DNA of 64,000 nt. Origin: a virus. Lineage: Duplodnaviria; Caudoviricetes. The DNA is taken from the IMG/VR virus record IMGVR_UViG_3300003375_000020, positions 1 to 64,000 of that record; one strand, 5' to 3'. Each line of letters opens with the position of its first letter. Position 1 is the stretch's first letter. Of the stretch, positions 54,898-64,000 are shown piece by piece. Both the position numbers and the translations under genes were made by a program. The notes under the pieces were generated by a model. The model saw only the letters and a list, made by a program, of their open reading frames with translations, did not search any database and had not been told where the DNA came from.

Positions 54898-56180
54898 TAC
54901 AATTAGAAAATATACAATCATTAGTAGGAAACCACGTAGCACCCTACATATATAATGCTAAAAACTTTGAACCCGGTAAAACACCAGTTTATTATTCTGG
55001 ACCTTATTGGGACAATAAAGAAACTGAAGCCGCTATAGAATCTTTTTTAAATGGTAAATGGATTACCGCTGGAGAAAAAGTATACAAATTCGAAAATGCT
55101 TTTAGTAAGCGCTTTAATACTAAGCATTCTCACATGGTAAATTCTGGTAGTTCCGCTAACTTAGTACTTATTGCGGCGTTGAAGAAAAGATTTGCTTGGA
55201 AAGACGACGATGAAATAATTGTATCTCCGGTAGGTTTTGCAACAACTATATCGGTGCTTCACCAAAATAGATTAAAACCTGTATTTGTTGACATTGAATG
55301 GGACACATTGAATTTTGATGTTGATCAAATTGAATCAAAAATTACAGATAAAACAAAAGGTATTTTTGTATCTCCTGTGTTAGGAAATCCTCCTGACATG
55401 GATAAGTTAAAAGCGCTTGCACTAAAATACGATTTAAAATTAATTGGAGATAATTGTGATAGTTTAGGAACTGTATGGGGACAACAATTATTAACTGATT
55501 ATTATGTGGCCTATTCTAATTCATTTTATCCTGCTCACCATATTTCTACTGGAGAAGGCGGAATGATCTGTACTAATGATGATGAATTAAAAAAATTATT
55601 TGTTAGCTTAAGTTGGTGGGGTAGAGATTGCTATTGTATAGGATCTGCTAATTTACTTGCTTGTGGAACGTGTGGAAATAGATTTGATAAATGGTTAGAA
55701 AACTATGATGGAATAATTGATCACAAGTACGTATTTAGTGAAATGGGATATAATTTAAAACCATTAGATTTACAAGGCGCAATCGGTTTAGTTCAATTAG
55801 ATAAACTATCAGAAATAGAAACTAATAGAAGAAGATCTAATCACATTATATCTAAAATATTTACAGACAATATTCCAGGATTAAGAACTCCGCTAACATT
55901 AGAACACGCAAAACCTTGTTGGTTCGGTACACCATTCATTTGTGATGAACCAGGATTAAAACATAGATTAGTTGCTTTTTTAGAAGAGAATAAAATTCAA
56001 ACTAGAAACTATTTTGCAGGAAATATTTTATTACACCCAGGATACGAATTATTAGGAGATTATAGAGATTTTCCTGAAGCAAATAAAGTATTGGATAAAG
56101 TATTTTTTATTGGAGCTGCTCCTCATTATACAGAGCCAGTATTCAATTATATAGAAGAAACTGTTAAAAAATTTAAATAA
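54894..56180 (+). CDS. rfbH: CDP-4-keto-6-deoxyglucose 3-dehydrase (RfbH/DdhC-type, DegT fold)
   Basis: SFYPAHHISTGEGG (His in place of the Schiff-base Lys); GRDCYC...CGTC Fe-S motif. Confidence 0.85.
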   Translation: MIQLENIQSLVGNHVAPYIYNAKNFEPGKTPVYYSGPYWDNKETEAAIESFLNGKWITAGEKVYKFENAFSKRFNTKHSHMVNSGSSANLVLIAALKKRFAWKDDDEIIVSPVGFATTISVLHQNRLKPVFVDIEWDTLNFDVDQIESKITDKTKGIFVSPVLGNPPDMDKLKALALKYDLKLIGDNCDSLGTVWGQQLLTDYYVAYSNSFYPAHHISTGEGGMICTNDDELKKLFVSLSWWGRDCYCIGSANLLACGTCGNRFDKWLENYDGIIDHKYVFSEMGYNLKPLDLQGAIGLVQLDKLSEIETNRRRSNHIISKIFTDNIPGLRTPLTLEHAKPCWFGTPFICDEPGLKHRLVAFLEENKIQTRNYFAGNILLHPGYELLGDYRDFPEANKVLDKVFFIGAAPHYTEPVFNYIEETVKKFK

Positions 56181-56998
56181 TGATAGAAGTATTTGGAGGA
56201 ACTGGATTTATAGGTTCGGAATTTTGTAAAAAATATCAATCAGAATGTCATATAGTTCCTAGAGAATCTTTAGAAGTACCACAAGATTCAGCTATATTAT
56301 ATTTAATTAGTACAGTTGATAATTATAATGTTTTAGATAATCCATTTATTGATATTGAAACTAATTTAATTCATCTAATGAAAGTGTTAAATGCTAACAA
56401 AAATAAAAATGTAACATTTCATTTTGTTAGTTCGTGGTTTGTATATGGAAATGTAAGATTACCGGCAACTGAAACATCTAAATGTAAACCTAAAGGGTTT
56501 TATTCTATCACAAAATTGGCGGCAGAACAACTAATAGAGTCTTATTGTAAAACTTTTAAAATTAATTATACAATAATTAGATTAGCAAATGTGGTTGGAA
56601 AAAGCGATAGCAAAGTATCAAAAAAGAAAAATGCATTACAATTTTTAATAGAAGAAATGAGAGAGCATCGTGATATTAAGCTATATCATTCAGGAAAATT
56701 TTATAGAGATTTTATACATGTTCAAGACGTTATAGATGGTCTTAGATTTATAATAGATAATGGAATTAGTGGAGAAATATATAATTTAGGATCTACAGCG
56801 AAACCAACTGCATTTATTGATGTTATAAATTATGTGCATAAAAAATTAAATTCTAAAAGTAAAATTGGTAGCATGAAACCTACTGAGTTTCATAGTATAG
56901 TACAAGTAAAAGATATGTATTTAGAATGTAGTAAATTAACTAATTTAGGATTTACACCTTCAAAAACAGTCTACGAAACTATAGATACATTAATATGA
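56180..56998 (+). CDS. NAD-dependent epimerase/dehydratase
   Basis: GGTGFIG; YSITK. Confidence 0.85.
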   Translation: MIEVFGGTGFIGSEFCKKYQSECHIVPRESLEVPQDSAILYLISTVDNYNVLDNPFIDIETNLIHLMKVLNANKNKNVTFHFVSSWFVYGNVRLPATETSKCKPKGFYSITKLAAEQLIESYCKTFKINYTIIRLANVVGKSDSKVSKKKNALQFLIEEMREHRDIKLYHSGKFYRDFIHVQDVIDGLRFIIDNGISGEIYNLGSTAKPTAFIDVINYVHKKLNSKSKIGSMKPTEFHSIVQVKDMYLECSKLTNLGFTPSKTVYETIDTLI

Positions 56999-57051
56999 TA
57001 ACGTATAAAGAAATAGGACATTTTGGTCAGTAGATTAAAATTTAAAACAAA

Positions 57052-57900
57052 ATGATTTCATTCAAGTACATAGGAAAGCATGGCCGACTCGGAAATCAAA
57101 TGTTTCAATTCGCTGCAACAGTTGGTATCGCTAGAAAAATAAACAAAGGCTTCGCATTTCCAAAAGAGAACACAGAAATACCAAGCGTAGAAGATTTTAA
57201 AGACGGAGTTACGAGAGAAGTATATTTTGATTTACCAAAATATTTTCCCAATGTAGCAATGACCTTAGCTCCACTAAATCAGATAGAAACAAATTATGTA
57301 GCGCAAGAACCAGGGTTTCATTTCTTTCCAGAATTTTTTGCTATACCTAATCAGACCAATTTGATGGGATACTTTCAGACTGAAAAGTACTTCGAACACT
57401 GCTCTGATTTAATATTAGAATTTTTTCAATTCGATAGAGAGATAAAGAAAAAAGCAGAGAATGTATTACCAAAAATACCTGGAAACCCTGAACTAGTATC
57501 GGTTCACGTTAGAGTGGGAGATTACAAAGCACTACAACAGTTTCACCCAGTAATGAATGCAAATTATTATTTCAGCGCAATGATGGAATTCAGTGACGAA
57601 GATCATAACACAGACAAGTACTTTGTAGTATTCTCAGACGATATAGAATACGCCAAGAGCTTATTCGGAGAATCGGAATGCATAATCTATATGGAAAATA
57701 ACGAACCCGAAGTAGATATGTGTGCAATGAGTATGTGCCATCATAACATAATAGCGAACAGTTCATTTAGTTGGTGGGCTGCATGGTTAAATAAAAATCC
57801 TAATAAAAAAGTAGTAGCTCCTAAAAATTGGTTTGGTCCAGCGTATGAAGGAGTTCACAATACAAAAGACTTATACCCAGAATCATGGATAATAGTTTAA
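57052..57900 (+). CDS. GT11 alpha-1,2-fucosyltransferase
   Basis: GRLGNQMFQ, HVRVGDY and NSSFSWW motifs. Confidence 0.9.
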   Translation: MISFKYIGKHGRLGNQMFQFAATVGIARKINKGFAFPKENTEIPSVEDFKDGVTREVYFDLPKYFPNVAMTLAPLNQIETNYVAQEPGFHFFPEFFAIPNQTNLMGYFQTEKYFEHCSDLILEFFQFDREIKKKAENVLPKIPGNPELVSVHVRVGDYKALQQFHPVMNANYYFSAMMEFSDEDHNTDKYFVVFSDDIEYAKSLFGESECIIYMENNEPEVDMCAMSMCHHNIIANSSFSWWAAWLNKNPNKKVVAPKNWFGPAYEGVHNTKDLYPESWIIV

Positions 57901-58607
57901 AACCACTTTTTAGTATTGCTATCCCTACGTGGGAAATCAATGGTAAAGGAGCAGAATATTTAGAACATTCTTTCAATATATTAGCTCAACAAACATTTCA
58001 ATACTTTGAAATAGTTATTTCAGATCATAGTTTAAATGATGATATAAAAGATGTGTGTGAAAAATGGCATCATCCAACATATCTTCTAAATATAGTTTAT
58101 CTAAGAAATGATATTGGTAGAGGTAGAATAGCACCAAATATAAATAATGCTATAAAAAATTGTAATGGAGAATATATTAAAATCTTATTTCAAGACGATT
58201 TTCTATATAATGTAGATTCTTTAGAAATAATATTTAATAGCATAGTTCTTAATTTAAATCAAAAATGGTTTATTACAGGATGTGCTCATACAAAAAATTG
58301 TATTGATCTTTATGATCCTATGGTACCTTATTATCATGATAGAATTTATGCAGGCGTAAACACTATTAGTTGTCCGTCTGTATTAACTATCAAGAATGAA
58401 GATCCACTACTGTTTAATGAGACTCTGAATTGGTTGGTTGATGTAGAATACTATAAACGATTGTATGATAAGCACGGGTACCCGACAGTGATAGAGAGCA
58501 TTTGTACTGTAAATAGAGATTCAGATGTGAGAACTACTACAATGATAACTGAACAACAGAAAATAGAAGAAACACAAAGAGTAATAAGTTGGTATGAAAA
58601 TAAATAA
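57885..58607 (+). CDS. GT2-family glycosyltransferase
   Basis: SIAIPTWE, ISDHS and LFQDDF motifs. Confidence 0.8.
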   Translation: MDNSLKPLFSIAIPTWEINGKGAEYLEHSFNILAQQTFQYFEIVISDHSLNDDIKDVCEKWHHPTYLLNIVYLRNDIGRGRIAPNINNAIKNCNGEYIKILFQDDFLYNVDSLEIIFNSIVLNLNQKWFITGCAHTKNCIDLYDPMVPYYHDRIYAGVNTISCPSVLTIKNEDPLLFNETLNWLVDVEYYKRLYDKHGYPTVIESICTVNRDSDVRTTTMITEQQKIEETQRVISWYENK

Positions 58608-59250
58608 TGTTACAATTGCTGGTGTAGCAGGCACAAAAGCTTTAGAAACTTTAAAAGCTATCAAGTATTCAATGAGAGAGTTAGAGTTCAACAGAGCAAT
58701 TCTAATCACTCCAGAAGAAGTACAAGATGATGAAGTAGAAATAATAAAATGTGAACCTTTAAACTATGAACAATACAATCATTTTATAGTGTACAGATTG
58801 CATGAGTATATTAACACTACTCATTGCTTATTAGTTCAAAACGATGGATATGTAGTCAATCCTGATATGTGGAAAGATGAATGGTTAGAATACGATTATA
58901 TAGGCGCTGCGTGGCCTTTACCTCAAGACGATTTTTCTTTCAGGGATTCTGAAGGTAATTTACAAAGAGTGGGTAATGGAGGATTTACACTAAGAAGTAA
59001 AAAATTATTGGAACTTGCAAATATATTAAATTTAGAATGGAAACAATATTATGGGTATTATCATGAAGACGGATTTTTTTGTTGCCACAATAGAAAGGCA
59101 TACGAATTAGAAGGTTGTAAATTTGCACCACTAGAAGTAGCAATAGAATTCAGTCACGAAGAAATGATTCCAGAAAACTATGGAAATATACCATTTGGTT
59201 TTCATGGCAAAAATAATTTTTATTACAAGTTAACACAAAAAAGTTTATAA
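58594..59250 (+). CDS. DUF5672-like glycosyltransferase-associated protein
   Basis: VQNDGY, YDYIGAAW, GNGGFTLRSKK and EDGFF motifs. Confidence 0.7.
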   Translation: MKINNVTIAGVAGTKALETLKAIKYSMRELEFNRAILITPEEVQDDEVEIIKCEPLNYEQYNHFIVYRLHEYINTTHCLLVQNDGYVVNPDMWKDEWLEYDYIGAAWPLPQDDFSFRDSEGNLQRVGNGGFTLRSKKLLELANILNLEWKQYYGYYHEDGFFCCHNRKAYELEGCKFAPLEVAIEFSHEEMIPENYGNIPFGFHGKNNFYYKLTQKSL

Positions 59251-59828
59251 TGATAAAAGAAGAAAGATTACAAGAGTTATTTAAAATACCAAGAATGGGA
59301 CACGCTGCGCTAGAAGATCATAACAGTGTAAGAGGATTATATGAATTAGTAAAAATTCACGTTAATGAAAATACAGAAATGGTAGAAATTGGATCTTTTC
59401 AAGGAGTTTCTACGATGTTATTTTCTATGTTTGCTAAAGTAGTATACAGTGTTGATTGTTATGATTACGTAGTACCTGCAACAGGAAGAATTCCTTCTCA
59501 TGATCAATTATTTGTTGACGCAGAAAAATTATTTTTAGAAAGAACATCTCACATAGAAAATATTATTAAAATCAGAAAATCTAGTGTAGAAGCATCGAAT
59601 GATTTTAAAGATGAATCATTAGATTTGGTATATGTAGATGCAGAACATGATCCAATTAGTGTTAGATCAGATATTAATGCGTGGAAAAATAAAATTAAAA
59701 GTGGAGGTATTTTATGTGGTCATGATTTTTATCTTCCACACATATACACAATTTTATACGAAGAAAATCTAATAAATGATTTAGTAACTTACCCAGACAG
59801 TTCATGGTCTGTAATAATAAAAAGATAG
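59250..59828 (+). CDS. Class I SAM-dependent methyltransferase
   Basis: VEIGSFQG, YVDAEH and GILCGHDF motifs. Confidence 0.85.
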   Translation: MIKEERLQELFKIPRMGHAALEDHNSVRGLYELVKIHVNENTEMVEIGSFQGVSTMLFSMFAKVVYSVDCYDYVVPATGRIPSHDQLFVDAEKLFLERTSHIENIIKIRKSSVEASNDFKDESLDLVYVDAEHDPISVRSDINAWKNKIKSGGILCGHDFYLPHIYTILYEENLINDLVTYPDSSWSVIIKR

Positions 59829-59835
59829 TAATTAT

Positions 59836-60831
59836 ATGAAAGTATTAATAACAGGAGTAGCAGGATTATTAGGATCTAGATTAGCAGATTGGATTTTATT
59901 ATATCATCCAGAAGTTGAAGTAATCGGTATTGATGATTTGTCTGGAGGATACATAGAAAATATAAATCCTAAAGTAAAATTTTGGAAACGTAATTTAGTA
60001 GATTCTGAATTAGATTCTATTTTTAAAGAGGGCATAGACTACGTATTTCATTTCGCTGCATACGCGGCTGAAGGATTATCACCATTTATAAGAAGCTATA
60101 ATTATCAAAATAATTTAGTTGCGACTGCAAAAATAGTAAATAATTGTATTAAGTACGATGTAAAAAGATTAATTTTTACTTCTACATTAGCAGTATATGG
60201 TCATGGATATGGAGGAGTATTTGATGAAACTCAAATTCCGGCCCCAATAGATCCTTATGGAGTTGCAAAATATGCATGTGAAATGGATATTCAAATCGCA
60301 GGTGAACAACATGGATTAGACTGGTGTATTATTCGTCCTCATAATGTGTATGGTAAAAATCAAAATATTTGGGATAAATATAGAAATGTATTGGGTATTT
60401 GGATGTATCAGCATTTAAATGGATTACCAACAACAATATTTGGAGATGGCTCTCAAACTAGAGCATTTAGTCATATATTTGATATTTTACAACCACTGTG
60501 GAATTCAGCTATATCTTCAAAAGCGTCAAAACAAATCATTAATTTAGGAGGTATAGAAGAATGGACTATAAATGATGCTAATATACTTTTAAGACAGGTG
60601 ATAAATGAAAATGAATACACTGTAGAATATAAAGAAGGAAGACACGAAGTTAAACATGCAATTCCTACATGGAAAAAATCAATGGGTATCCTTGGATTCG
60701 AACATAGAATTTCATTAGAAGACGGATTGCGAGATATGTGGCGTTGGGCAAAAGAACAACCAAAAAGATCTCAGTTTGTTTGGGAAAATTACGAAATAGA
60801 TAACGGTATTTATTCATTTTGGAAAAAATAA
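59836..60831 (+). CDS. NAD-dependent sugar epimerase
   Basis: GVAGLLG, YGVAK and HNVYG motifs. Confidence 0.88.
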   Translation: MKVLITGVAGLLGSRLADWILLYHPEVEVIGIDDLSGGYIENINPKVKFWKRNLVDSELDSIFKEGIDYVFHFAAYAAEGLSPFIRSYNYQNNLVATAKIVNNCIKYDVKRLIFTSTLAVYGHGYGGVFDETQIPAPIDPYGVAKYACEMDIQIAGEQHGLDWCIIRPHNVYGKNQNIWDKYRNVLGIWMYQHLNGLPTTIFGDGSQTRAFSHIFDILQPLWNSAISSKASKQIINLGGIEEWTINDANILLRQVINENEYTVEYKEGRHEVKHAIPTWKKSMGILGFEHRISLEDGLRDMWRWAKEQPKRSQFVWENYEIDNGIYSFWKK

Positions 60832-60833
60832 TT

Positions 60834-61727
60834 ATGATTTATACATCTTTTCTTTTCGGTCAAGGATTTGGAAATCAATTAGCATGTTATGTAACTACTA
60901 GAGCTATAGCTAAAAAAAATGGTTATGAATTTGGTTATATGGGTTTAGAAAATTTTGGAGATAGAAGATACAATGATAAAGGCGTGTATTTCATGGATAT
61001 AAATTTAGGTAAAGAAGTAAAAGAATTATATCATGATACATACACAGAAAAAGAAATAAGAATTAAATTTAACCATTCTGAACATGATCGTACTCATGGT
61101 TGTGATATAAGATTGATCGATCAAAATTTATTAAATGTACCTGATAATACAAAAATTATGGGTATTATGCAAGGAGAAGATTATTTTTGGGATTATAAAG
61201 AAGAAATTAAAGATTGGTTAAAAGTAAAAGAAGAATTTGATTGTAAAGATTTTAGAAGCGATGATATATGCGTTTTAAATATTAGAGACTATGAAGCTGA
61301 TCCTATTTTATTTTTATCAAGAGATTATTGGGTTAGATCGATATACCACATGTTGAATATCAATCCTAATATGCAGTTTTTAATTATCACAGAGAATCCT
61401 GATACCGCAAAAAGATTATTGCCAGAATTAGCTGATAATGTATATCATTTTGATTTAGCAAAGGATTATTCAATCATTAAAAATGCAAAGTGGTTAGTTA
61501 TATCTAATTCAAGTTTTGCATATTTTCCTACATTTTGTTCTGACGCTAATTTAATCATAGCACCTAAATATTGGTCAAGGCATAACGTAAGTAATGGATA
61601 TTGGTCTTGTGGATACAATATTTCTCGTAAATTTACTTATATGGATAGAGAAGGAAAATTACAAACTTATAATGAGTGTTTAAGAGAATTTGAATTATAT
61701 AAACAGCAATCAAAAATATATGGCTAA
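60834..61727 (+). CDS. GT11-like glycosyltransferase
   Basis: GQGFGNQ and ISNSSF motifs; ATG 60834 preferred as start. Confidence 0.7.
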   Translation: MIYTSFLFGQGFGNQLACYVTTRAIAKKNGYEFGYMGLENFGDRRYNDKGVYFMDINLGKEVKELYHDTYTEKEIRIKFNHSEHDRTHGCDIRLIDQNLLNVPDNTKIMGIMQGEDYFWDYKEEIKDWLKVKEEFDCKDFRSDDICVLNIRDYEADPILFLSRDYWVRSIYHMLNINPNMQFLIITENPDTAKRLLPELADNVYHFDLAKDYSIIKNAKWLVISNSSFAYFPTFCSDANLIIAPKYWSRHNVSNGYWSCGYNISRKFTYMDREGKLQTYNECLREFELYKQQSKIYG

Positions 61728-62577
61728 AATATATGATATTTTTACTTTCTATAATGAATTAGATCTATTAGAATTAAGATTGGAAATGCTTAATGATTAT
61801 GTTGATAAATTTGTTTTAATTGAATGTGTACAAACTTTTTCAAGAAAACCAAAAGAACTTTATTTTGAAAAAAATAAGAACAGATTTGAAAAATATAAAG
61901 ATAAAATAATTCATCATATTACATACGATCCTCCTCAATCATACGATGATTTAAGACAGAGGATTTTAAATCCTGATATAGACGATTTAACTAAACAAAT
62001 TTGTATGCAGGCTTTGACAACTTCAAATGTGCCTCCAGGAGAATTACATTGGTTAAACGAATTTTATCAAAAAGAAAGTATTCGTAAAGCTTTAGTTGGA
62101 TTAGAAGATGATGATTTATGTTTTATAACTGATTTAGATGAATACTGGAATCCAGAAATTTCTTACAACATAGAAGATAATAAGATATACAAATTAAAAC
62201 AATTAGTATATTCTACTTATATGAATGTAAGATCTAATGAACCATGGGCAGGAACTTTGTTGACTAAATATAAAAATATTAAAAATGCGTGTTTAAATCA
62301 TTTAAGAACTCCGTCAAAAACGCAGTATGAGTATATTGATAATGGAGGTTGGCACTTTACATTCATGGGTGGAGTAGATCAAATAAAATTAAAATTAGAA
62401 GCTTATGGACATCAAGAATACAATAATGATAATATTAAAAATCAAATAGGTAATAACTTATCTGCTACTAAAGATGTATTAGGAAGATCAGAATTTAAAT
62501 TTTGGTTAGATGCATCTAATTTACCTACTTATATATTAAATAATAAGCAAAAATATAAACAATTTTTTAAATGCTAA
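61720..62577 (+). CDS. GT17-family GlcNAc transferase
   Basis: FTFYNELDLL, FITDLDE and GGWHFTF motifs; ATG 61720 preferred as start. Confidence 0.85.
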   Translation: MAKIYDIFTFYNELDLLELRLEMLNDYVDKFVLIECVQTFSRKPKELYFEKNKNRFEKYKDKIIHHITYDPPQSYDDLRQRILNPDIDDLTKQICMQALTTSNVPPGELHWLNEFYQKESIRKALVGLEDDDLCFITDLDEYWNPEISYNIEDNKIYKLKQLVYSTYMNVRSNEPWAGTLLTKYKNIKNACLNHLRTPSKTQYEYIDNGGWHFTFMGGVDQIKLKLEAYGHQEYNNDNIKNQIGNNLSATKDVLGRSEFKFWLDASNLPTYILNNKQKYKQFFKC

Positions 62578-63713
62578 CATTTTGCATCCCTTCGAAAAAT
62601 AATTTAAGGTATTTAAAACCTTGTATACAATCTATTAAAGATAATTCTTATTATAAAGATAATGAGATACTTGTTTACGTAGATCAAGACAATGATGGAA
62701 CTTGTGATTGGTTAAAGGATCAAAGAATTAGATTCATTAAAAATGAATACATTGATCCATTGGGAATCGGGCATGCTTATGATGAAATGTTTTTAGAAGC
62801 TAAATACGATTACGTAATCGCATTCCACGCAGACATGATATTAGGTCCAAATGCAGATAAACATTTACTAGATTTAAAAACTAATAACAATGTCGTATGC
62901 GCTACACGAATAGAACCACCTCTCCATCCAGAAGGAATAGAAAAAATAGTTAAAGATTTTGGTATGTGGCCAGAAGATTTAAAGATTGAAGAATTTAATC
63001 AATTTGTAAAAGAGAATGGAAGTGATAAGATAACTAAAAGTATCTTTGCTCCATGGCTAATACATCGTGATCAGCATTTAGGGCACGATCCCATATTTTT
63101 ATCTGTTTTTGAAGACGCAGACTTATTTAGAAGAATGAAGTTAGCGGGATACGATCTAATTCAATCTTGGAAAGCCATGGTATACCATCTAACTTGTAGA
63201 GGAGGTCAATTTGCTCACGCAGAAAAAATGGAAGATTTTCAAAATAAAAGTGAAGATTGGAATAAAAACAATGCAATTTCAATGTACGAATACATTAGAA
63301 AATGGGGAGCATTTATTCAACATTCTAGTACATTGGATCCAATACCAAATATTAAATACAATATAGGTATCGAAATAAATAATTGTAAGAGCGAACAGAT
63401 ATTAAGTGTAGAACCTTATTTTGATCACATTAAAATTGATAACATTGATATTAAATCTTATTGTGATTATATTCAACCTTATACATCGTTTGATATAGCA
63501 TCTAAATTTGTAAATGAATTAACCGATGATATTATATTAATTGTTGATTATAATGATATGATCAAACCTGAAAATATGTTTCAAGCTTTAATAGGAAACT
63601 TACAAAGTCTAATTCATCATGATGCAGACGATTTAGGAATATATGAATTAGGACCATTTAAATTAAACATAAAGAAAAAAGAACCACAACAACCAAGATT
63701 AAAATTATGTTAA
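62571..63713 (+). CDS. GT2-family glycosyltransferase
   Basis: FCIPSKNN, FHADM and FEDADLF motifs. Confidence 0.8.
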   Translation: MLTFCIPSKNNLRYLKPCIQSIKDNSYYKDNEILVYVDQDNDGTCDWLKDQRIRFIKNEYIDPLGIGHAYDEMFLEAKYDYVIAFHADMILGPNADKHLLDLKTNNNVVCATRIEPPLHPEGIEKIVKDFGMWPEDLKIEEFNQFVKENGSDKITKSIFAPWLIHRDQHLGHDPIFLSVFEDADLFRRMKLAGYDLIQSWKAMVYHLTCRGGQFAHAEKMEDFQNKSEDWNKNNAISMYEYIRKWGAFIQHSSTLDPIPNIKYNIGIEINNCKSEQILSVEPYFDHIKIDNIDIKSYCDYIQPYTSFDIASKFVNELTDDIILIVDYNDMIKPENMFQALIGNLQSLIHHDADDLGIYELGPFKLNIKKKEPQQPRLKLC

Positions 63714-64000
63714 CACAAAAAGACGTTACATTGGTTATACCTGCTTACAATAATTTAAGACATTTAAAAAATGCGTATGATAGTATTAAAAGAAACGCAC
63801 CAGAAGTAAAAGTAATTTTATTAGATGATGGATCTACAGACGATACATTTGAATGGTTAAAATCTTTAGAACTCGATAAACAAATCAGTGTAATTTATAG
63901 ATCAGAAGAAAGAGTAGGTCACACAATTTTATACGATAAAGGTATGGCATTAGCTAGAACTTTAATTGTAGGAGTATTACATGCAGATATGATCATAGGT
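63707..64000 (+). CDS. GT2-family glycosyltransferase (partial, runs off the window)
   Basis: LVIPAYNN...LDDGSTD...LHADM. Confidence 0.8.
   Translation, partial: MLTQKDVTLVIPAYNNLRHLKNAYDSIKRNAPEVKVILLDDGSTDDTFEWLKSLELDKQISVIYRSEERVGHTILYDKGMALARTLIVGVLHADMIIG

Noticed and set aside
124-58709. Short minus-strand ORFs in the track (e.g. 124-399, 2830-3018, 5562-5810, 25372-25689, 34458-34955, 53851-54159)
   Set aside because: All are antisense shadows of longer + strand genes or RNAs, with no recognisable motifs.

Overview
A 64-kb segment of a large, AT-rich, T4-like myovirus genome. Essentially all credible genes are on the + strand. The host is most likely a Bacteroidota/Flavobacteriia species, inferred from the RNR type, TAnnTTT(G/A) promoter boxes and A-rich, mostly SD-less starts. 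In order, the window contains: (1) a tail/baseplate module (1-11 kb); (2) a replication module with a divergent PolA, SSB, RecA/UvsX, 5'-3' exonuclease, helicase, NrdB/NrdA and PolA (11-23 kb); (3) Hsp20, GroES and GroEL; (4) a candidate cytosine hypermodification and nucleotide cluster, plus ClpP (26.5-31.6 kb); (5) a tmRNA and an array of about 27 tRNA or tRNA-like genes whose anticodons cover all 20 amino acids, interleaved with structured spacer RNAs and free-standing GIY-YIG endonucleases (35.4-42.9 kb); (6) a large glycan-biosynthesis island (43-64 kb). The most striking unexplained structure is a 47-codon leader ORF directly upstream of the tRNA array. It uses all 20 amino acids and codons for every isoacceptor in the array, and it overlaps a 10-bp antiterminator that competes with an intrinsic terminator. 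This is a candidate pan-tRNA-sensing attenuator. All calls were made by eye from motifs and base pairing; no database searches were run.
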